A stretch of DNA of 64,000 nucleotides from the human T2T-CHM13v2.0 reference genome, Homo sapiens. The stretch is from NCBI RefSeq assembly GCF_009914755.1, contig NC_060927.1; one strand, 5' to 3'. The notes beneath the pieces are model-generated. The model had not been told where the DNA came from, did not search any database, and worked only from the letters and a program-made list of their open reading frames with translations. Below, piece by piece: positions 55,087-64,000 of this stretch. Position numbers and translations under genes: made by a program. Position 1 is the stretch's first letter; each line of letters begins with the position of its first letter.

Positions 55087-55440
55087 TACCTTAGTCAGTT
55101 CAGCTTGCCATTACAAAGTATCATACACTGGGTGGCTTATAAGTAAGAAAATTTTACTTCTCACAGTTTTGGAGACTAGAAGTATGAGATCAAGGTGCCA
55201 GCATGGTCATTTCCAGTAAGAACCCTTTTCTGGGCTGCAGACTGCCAGCTTCTCCTTTGTCCTCACATGGCAGAGAGAGGACTAGAAAGCTCCCTGGAGT
55301 CCCTTTTATAAGGGCACTAATTTCATTCATGAGGGCTCCACCCTCATGACCTAATCATCTTCCAAAGGCCCCACCTCCTACTCCTAATACCCTTATATTG
55401 GAGGTTAGAATTTCAACATATGAATTCAGGGAGGACACAG
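55087..55440 (-). mobile_element. MLT1A-like solo LTR
   Basis: 'actgggtggcttataa...tctcacagttttggagactagaag...catgagggctccaccctcatgacctaatca...tttcaacatatgaatt'. Confidence 0.9.
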
Positions 55441-56604
55441 AGAATATAGGGATTAAAGGAATTCAGTTACTCTTTTATTTTTCTTGTTTCCCCCTTTGGG
55501 CTTTTATTGCTGTTGTTGTTGTTTCTGTTCATTTTTCATAAAAATCTGTGTTCTGTGAACAAATTCTGTTTGCTGTAAATAAATGCTCTTGTTGCCAAAA
55601 TTTCTTACTGTGAGAAGTACTACAAAGTAGAAGGAGGTGGGAAAAGAGAAGTTAATTATGAGTTCACGGGCCTAATAATTATTCTTATATTTGTATTTTG
55701 CAAAGCTTTTATGAAATACTCTGATTCCTTTTTTTTTCTGGTGAGTTTTTTCTCTACTTTTTAAATAAAGGCATCAATATTTATAAATAACTACTGGCTG
55801 TGTTGATTAGATAGAGTAGCCTAGACATCCAGGCCTTGGAAAGCAAATTGGTCTTAGTTTTTGACTGGTCAGTTAATCTTGAGACTTAGCACTCACAGAC
55901 TAGTACCTGCACTTTAATTCAATGTTATCTTTTTGGGGTTTTGTTTCGTTCTCTCTCTCTCATTGATGCTATAAAATTCCAGTGCAGACCTAATCTTTAA
56001 CAAATACATAGCTAGAATGCTTTATTCCTTAGCTGCATGTACATTTAGCTTATGAGAAAGAATGATACTCACAGTAATGTGAAGAACTTCCGGAGGGGTC
56101 TCTATGAGCTGAGATTTCCATATTAGTCCTTTTCAGGGGGGAAAAAACAAGTCTAGGTTGCATACTTGAAATGTTTTCATTCGGCAGCTTCACATGCCAA
56201 GCTAAATCCGCTTTCTGCTTCCCTGGTCAAATCTCTGAGATTTGTAAGGACTGTGGACTTTTTCAACTGGTCAGCCCCTTTTTGGAGTCAGATGTTCCTA
56301 TCCTAAGCTCTAAGTTCAGTTGTACAAAATTAACCACCTACACTATGGGCAGCTTTCTGTCAACCAGGTTTATGTGGGCTCAATCTCTGTCATTCTTCTT
56401 GGACTGAGGGTTTGAAAAATCATCCCAAGGCTACTTTGAATCTCTGAGTTAGCCCATTCTTCACTTTGGTTTCTGGAAATTAGCAAGTCATCCTGCTACA
56501 CTAACCTCCTGCTATAGACCACAGTATTGCATTAGAAATGCAAAGGAAAGTAATTTCTGCTTCTACTTTTCCCATATAATATAAAGCAAGACAAAGCAAT
56601 ATCA

Positions 56605-56790
56605 TAGAGGGGTATAGGGAAGAAACTATGGGTTTTTGGATTCAGAAAAAGCTAATTTTGAACGCTGGTAACACCAGATACTAGCTACAAGATCTTGTCT
56701 CAAAACCTTAGTTTCTTATCTGTGAAGTGGAGATATTAAGAACTGTGCTACTGAAATTGTTATGGAAATTAGAGATGACAAACAGTAAGT
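56605..56790 (+). mobile_element. MIR
   Basis: 'ttggattcaga...tactagct...ccttagtttcttatctgtgaagtggagat'. Confidence 0.7.
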
Positions 56791-58594
56791 AAAGCAGTTG
56801 CTACTGTTATTAATATTAATAGTGTGTTTTCAGTGAGAAACACAAACAGACTTCTATTAGATAATGGCACAACTGAGAAAAGAAAATATGCACATGGGAA
56901 TATAAAATGGACAAATATCACTGCCTGGGGGCTTCACCCAGGCACAAGCAGAAATTCTACGGCCATGTGTTGAGAAGCCTATAGCCCCCCTGGAGGGAGG
57001 CACACTGTTGAAATGACATGCCAGGAAGTTAGGGAAGGTAACTATCACATAACTGTACAGCTTTAATCTAGTTTCACCAAGTGAGTGCCACAGCAGTCTT
57101 TCACTAAATAAAGGAGAAAAGTGTCTTTCCCATGTAAGTGACAGAGGCTGTGGTGGCTGGCCAGGGTATAGAGTAAGTCTGTAGTAGCAAACACTCAGCA
57201 GCACTCATAACCCAGGCTACATCCAAAACCATGGGGTCAGGCCCTAAAGAACAACAGTATTTTGGGAGGCCTGACAGTTGTCATCTTGTTATTTAGCCAA
57301 TTTTTTCTTTTTTAAATTTATTCTCGCTGATTTTTAAAGCAACCCTCTTACTTGATCCTTAATTATTTTTCTTCTTCATCTTAATGGGTAAATCACTTAT
57401 AGCTATCTATGTAGTTGTGGGCTGGGTCTATCAGACAGGGATTGTAAAGAGAAAAAACAGTGTAAAAGACCTGAAAATGCTATGATGCCCTTGCTCTTTT
57501 GGCTCTTTTGACAACTGTGCATATCTTCAAATAGTTTTCCCAGGCACATGGCTCTGAACTTGGTTTAAACTCAGTAAATGCTTCTGGAACCCCTGCTAAA
57601 ATTAAGGACCCATTATGCCTTCCTCTAATTGACAGCATTACTTTTTTTAAAGGAGATTATAGTACTTTCCAGTCATCAAAGCTTCCCATTATTACAGATC
57701 GGCATTTCTGGTGTAGATTAACAAATGCCAGAATTATCCTTCAGCTCACAGCATAGATTCAGGTTTGAACTCTGTATGTAGAGCAGCTTACAATTTATGG
57801 GCAGCAGAAATGACACCATTGAAAAAAGTTAACATGAACCACCAACAAAAGATTAAATTGTTTCCCCAGATGCAGCTTCTGAATTTTTAAGTTTTAAGTA
57901 AATCTTTCACCCAATTAAAGCTTATTATAACTACAGAGGTTTCATTATTAATACATAGCCAGAAAATTCATTACCTCTATCGAATCTCTAGTTTTCTCTA
58001 GATTAACCTGAATCATTGAGTTTTAAGTGTGTTTGGGCTTTCTGCTGCTTGAAACATGGCATTTACTGGGCCAATCTCTGTCCTATGTTGGGAAAGATAG
58101 GAAAATTGAGATAGAGATGAGCAAGTCATCAAATTGTCAAACCTGAAAATACATTGGCCAGAGTGAAAAGCATTCAGGTGGAATACATGGGTAGAGCTCA
58201 GTTCAATATGTCAGCTATCTACTGAGTAGTTCAAAGCTAAAAACTATGGATAGAAGTTCAGAGCAAAGAAGTACCTGTTTAAATATACTTTAAACACATG
58301 AGTCTGAGTGTTAATTACATTTAGAAAACTTGAGACCAGCCAGGAAAAGAGTTAGCTCAATCTTGAGTAAAATTGGTTATTTGAGGAAAAAAATGAACAA
58401 AACTATTTCCACCGAGTCAATAGCCCTAGACATTTTCACTGACCTTTAAGAAAGTCTATACACAGCAGTCTTACAAAACACATAGTGATTAAGAACTCAG
58501 TAAAATTCCATCTGACATTTATGACTTGTGATTCAAATCTATCTCTTACTAGGTAAGCCTAGAGATGGTGCTGCTATTATATAAATAACCTAAA

Positions 58595-58732
58595 GCTGGG
58601 GTTCTCAAAGTATGACCCATAGTCAAACAACCTCATCATTACCTGGGAACTTGTAGAAATGCAAATTCTAGGACCCTCCCAGAGAACTGCTTTATCAGAA
58701 ACTGTTGGGAGTGAACCCAGCAATGTTTGTTA
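58595..58732. mobile_element. MER5A hAT DNA transposon fragment
   Basis: 'ggttctcaaagt...catcattacctgggaacttgtagaaatgcaaattct...atcagaaact'. Confidence 0.85.
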
Positions 58733-58789
58733 CCATTCTGACAGCAACTGGCCTACAGACTTACAGTTACAGATTGCAAAGTAAAGATG

Positions 58790-61090
<2,301 letters not shown>

Positions 61091-61097
61091 TAGTGAC

Positions 61098-61622
61098 TCT
61101 ATCGGTCAGGGCCCAGCTAGCAATACAGAGTCCTGACATATAATAATTAAATAAGATAATTTAATGTGGGAACTAATTATAAAGGTATTAGAATAGCTGA
61201 AAGAGTAAATGAAGGAAGGTGCCATCAAAAAATTATTAACAGTGGAAAGTTGCTAATATCCCTAAGCTGGAAGGACAAAAGGAGAGGATGATATTCCTAG
61301 GGTCTAAGCACTGGGCCCACCAAAAATGCTGGAACTCTGACAGTACTGCCTCTTGAAAGCTGGGACTAAAGAGGGAGTTAAAGCACAGAGGAGACTGGAC
61401 CAGAGCTTCCACCAGGAGCAGAGGGCTGGGTAGAAGTAGCCTCCCTTCTTCCGTGCTCCTTCCTTCCAGCATCTTCCCAGTGCCCCCTACTGGCTAACTT
61501 TAGATGAAAGTCACCCGGCAAGGGAGCCTGGGAATGCAGTTCACATGGTGTTCTCTTGTAACCTACAGGGAAAGGGAGGGAGATGGAATTGAAAGCAAAC
61601 AGAAAAAAGACCATTGGCACAG
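61098..61622 (-). mobile_element. Old ERV LTR (LTR33/LTR78-like)
   Basis: 'ggtcagggcccagc...cagtgccccctactggc...ggcaagggagcctgggaatgcagtt...gaaagcaaacag'. Confidence 0.65.
61480..61493 (-). promoter_or_regulatory. CTCF consensus motif match inside an LTR
   Basis: Minus strand CCAGTAGGGGGCAC matches CCASYAGRKGGCRS at 14/14; binding not demonstrated. Confidence 0.5.
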
Positions 61623-62429
61623 CAAGCAAAAGAAAAAGAAGAAAAGAGAGAGAAAATTAGATCTATTTCCCATACTTCACCTAAAGGTCCTTGATAGGAA
61701 TTGTGTTATGGGCAACGCATGTGTTTATTTAATTATTTTAAAATATGAGGGGAAAAACCCACATATATTGTATACAAATTCTCTACAATAAAAAACAAGT
61801 TTATCTCTCACTTCATACCCCCAATCCCTCTACACAGCATAGCCACTGTTACTTATTTTGTGTATTCTTCTGGAAATTTCCCATATACACGCATGAATAT
61901 TTTTAAATGTCCACAAGCACAAAATACCTATTATTCTATCTGGTTTTTTTCCACTTAGGTATGTATGTTGGAAACCTTGTCATAATTTATTTTTAAAAGT
62001 CTCCATTTGATGCATAAATAGGCCATTTCAAGGTTTTTTTATTATAGAGAATATATCACAAAAGTAAAGGAGTACTGATAAAATTATTTGGCTAGTGTCT
62101 TTACATGTCTGGTATTTGAAACAATCCAGTTAGCGTGTGTTGGGCCAGGGGCAATACAGCTAAAAGAAGAACATAAGTGGGATATGGGATTTGAAAGTAA
62201 GTCACTAAAACATGGAGCTATCTCACATTCATTGTTACTTATAATTCATTCCCATATGTTTGTGAATGTTTGGAAGGACATGCAGATGTAACCAATATGT
62301 GTATCTTTACCCCCAAGGCAATTGCACGTACCAATGTTTTTATTCTCCCAAAACTAAATAAAACCTGATCCCCTCTGTTTTAGCCAGGCCTATTCACTTG
62401 CCTCTGAAATTTTTCAGGTTTTTGAGATT

Positions 62430-62540
62430 GCTTAATTGTGTAACCTTGGACAAGGCCCTAATCTCTGTGGCCCTCAGTTTCCTCATTAAAATGAAAGTGT
62501 CATCTTAATCTATCCTGCTCTTACAAATTCAACAATTCTA
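62430..62540 (+). mobile_element. MIR
   Basis: 'tgtgtaaccttggacaagg...ctctgtggccctcagtttcctcatt'. Confidence 0.8.
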
Positions 62541-62587
62541 CTTGTCCCAGCTCTGACTATCACATTTTCAAGAGAAAAGAAAGAGCA

Positions 62588-62915
<328 letters not shown>

Positions 62916-62971
62916 TTAAAGAGAGGAGAGTTTGAAGCCCATTCTCAAATAATTTAAAATTTTCACAATGG

Positions 62972-63273
<302 letters not shown>

Positions 63274-64000
63274 TTCACATTGATCTTTCTCTGTAATCCC
63301 TGTATTCTCCCCTTGATTCTTGTGAAGCTCTGGAGCTTCCACAAGTTTCCTCCCAGGAAGAAAATTAGAAGAATAAAATATTGGAGGGAGTAAGAGAACG
63401 AAACTGTTGAACATTCCCATAAATTCAGACTGCTGTTGCTTTTACTATCTTCAAAGAGAATAAATTATGATACAACCTTAAAATGAAAGTTCTATACTCA
63501 GTCAACCACTGTAACATGACAAGTCATGAAATTAAGGCAATAAAAGATTCCAAATTTGAGGAAAGATCATAGAATTTTTAAAGTTAAAAGAGTTTAGTGG
63601 GAATACATAGGTCCTGACAGACTACTACCAGGAAAATTCTAAATACTTGGCCACTTAAAGTTTTCAGAAAATTTGTAAGGAAGATGTTTAATTTTCAGTG
63701 ACATGTAATTCAGTTAAGGGAAAAAAAATTAAAAGTTTCATCAAATAGGAAACGAACTTAAAACTCTGCTATTCTTGAACACATCTTAGAATTATTTTAT
63801 CAGTTCTAAAAGTGGAACTGCCTAAATCTGCAGGATGTATTATGAAAAACAAAGTGTTCTCATGTCTTCAAACACCACTGCCAAAGGACAAAGGTCCTGA
63901 AAAGTCTTTAGGGGAGCAATATTAAAAATGTACAGACTCAACTTTGGGGTGTTGAAAAAAGTGGTAAGTCTATTTGCTTTTAACAATAAGCTACCCTTCC

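Overview
This is AT-rich, CpG-depleted primate (probably human or great-ape) genomic DNA, intergenic or intronic. I recognise no protein-coding gene, RNA gene or prokaryote-type system; the ORF track is almost entirely L1/Alu/LTR fragments or chance ORFs. Interspersed repeats dominate. (1) An old antisense L1M (~2.5-8.0 kb) is interrupted by an MST LTR and an L1PA7-like 3' end. (2) A ~12 kb nested block (15.1-26.9 kb) holds a THE1C LTR inside an internally deleted L1MA1/2, itself inside an L1MA8/9-type element that also carries an AluY. (3) Nine Alus, several MLT1/ERVL/ERV1 solo LTRs, MIR, L2, L3/CR1 and MER DNA-transposon fossils are scattered throughout. The best non-repeat observations are: a diverged ~330 bp direct duplication with a near-invariant 63 bp core, just behind a clean acceptor-exon-donor-acceptor arrangement (1.1-2.5 kb); a 30 bp dispersed repeat 2.5 kb apart; a 60 nt near-perfect hairpin; two perfect CTCF consensus matches in convergent orientation 33 kb apart; a closely spaced inverted Alu pair; and several template-switch scars. 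Subfamily names come from remembered consensus motifs and need RepeatMasker/Dfam confirmation. I found no evidence strong enough to claim a new biological system.
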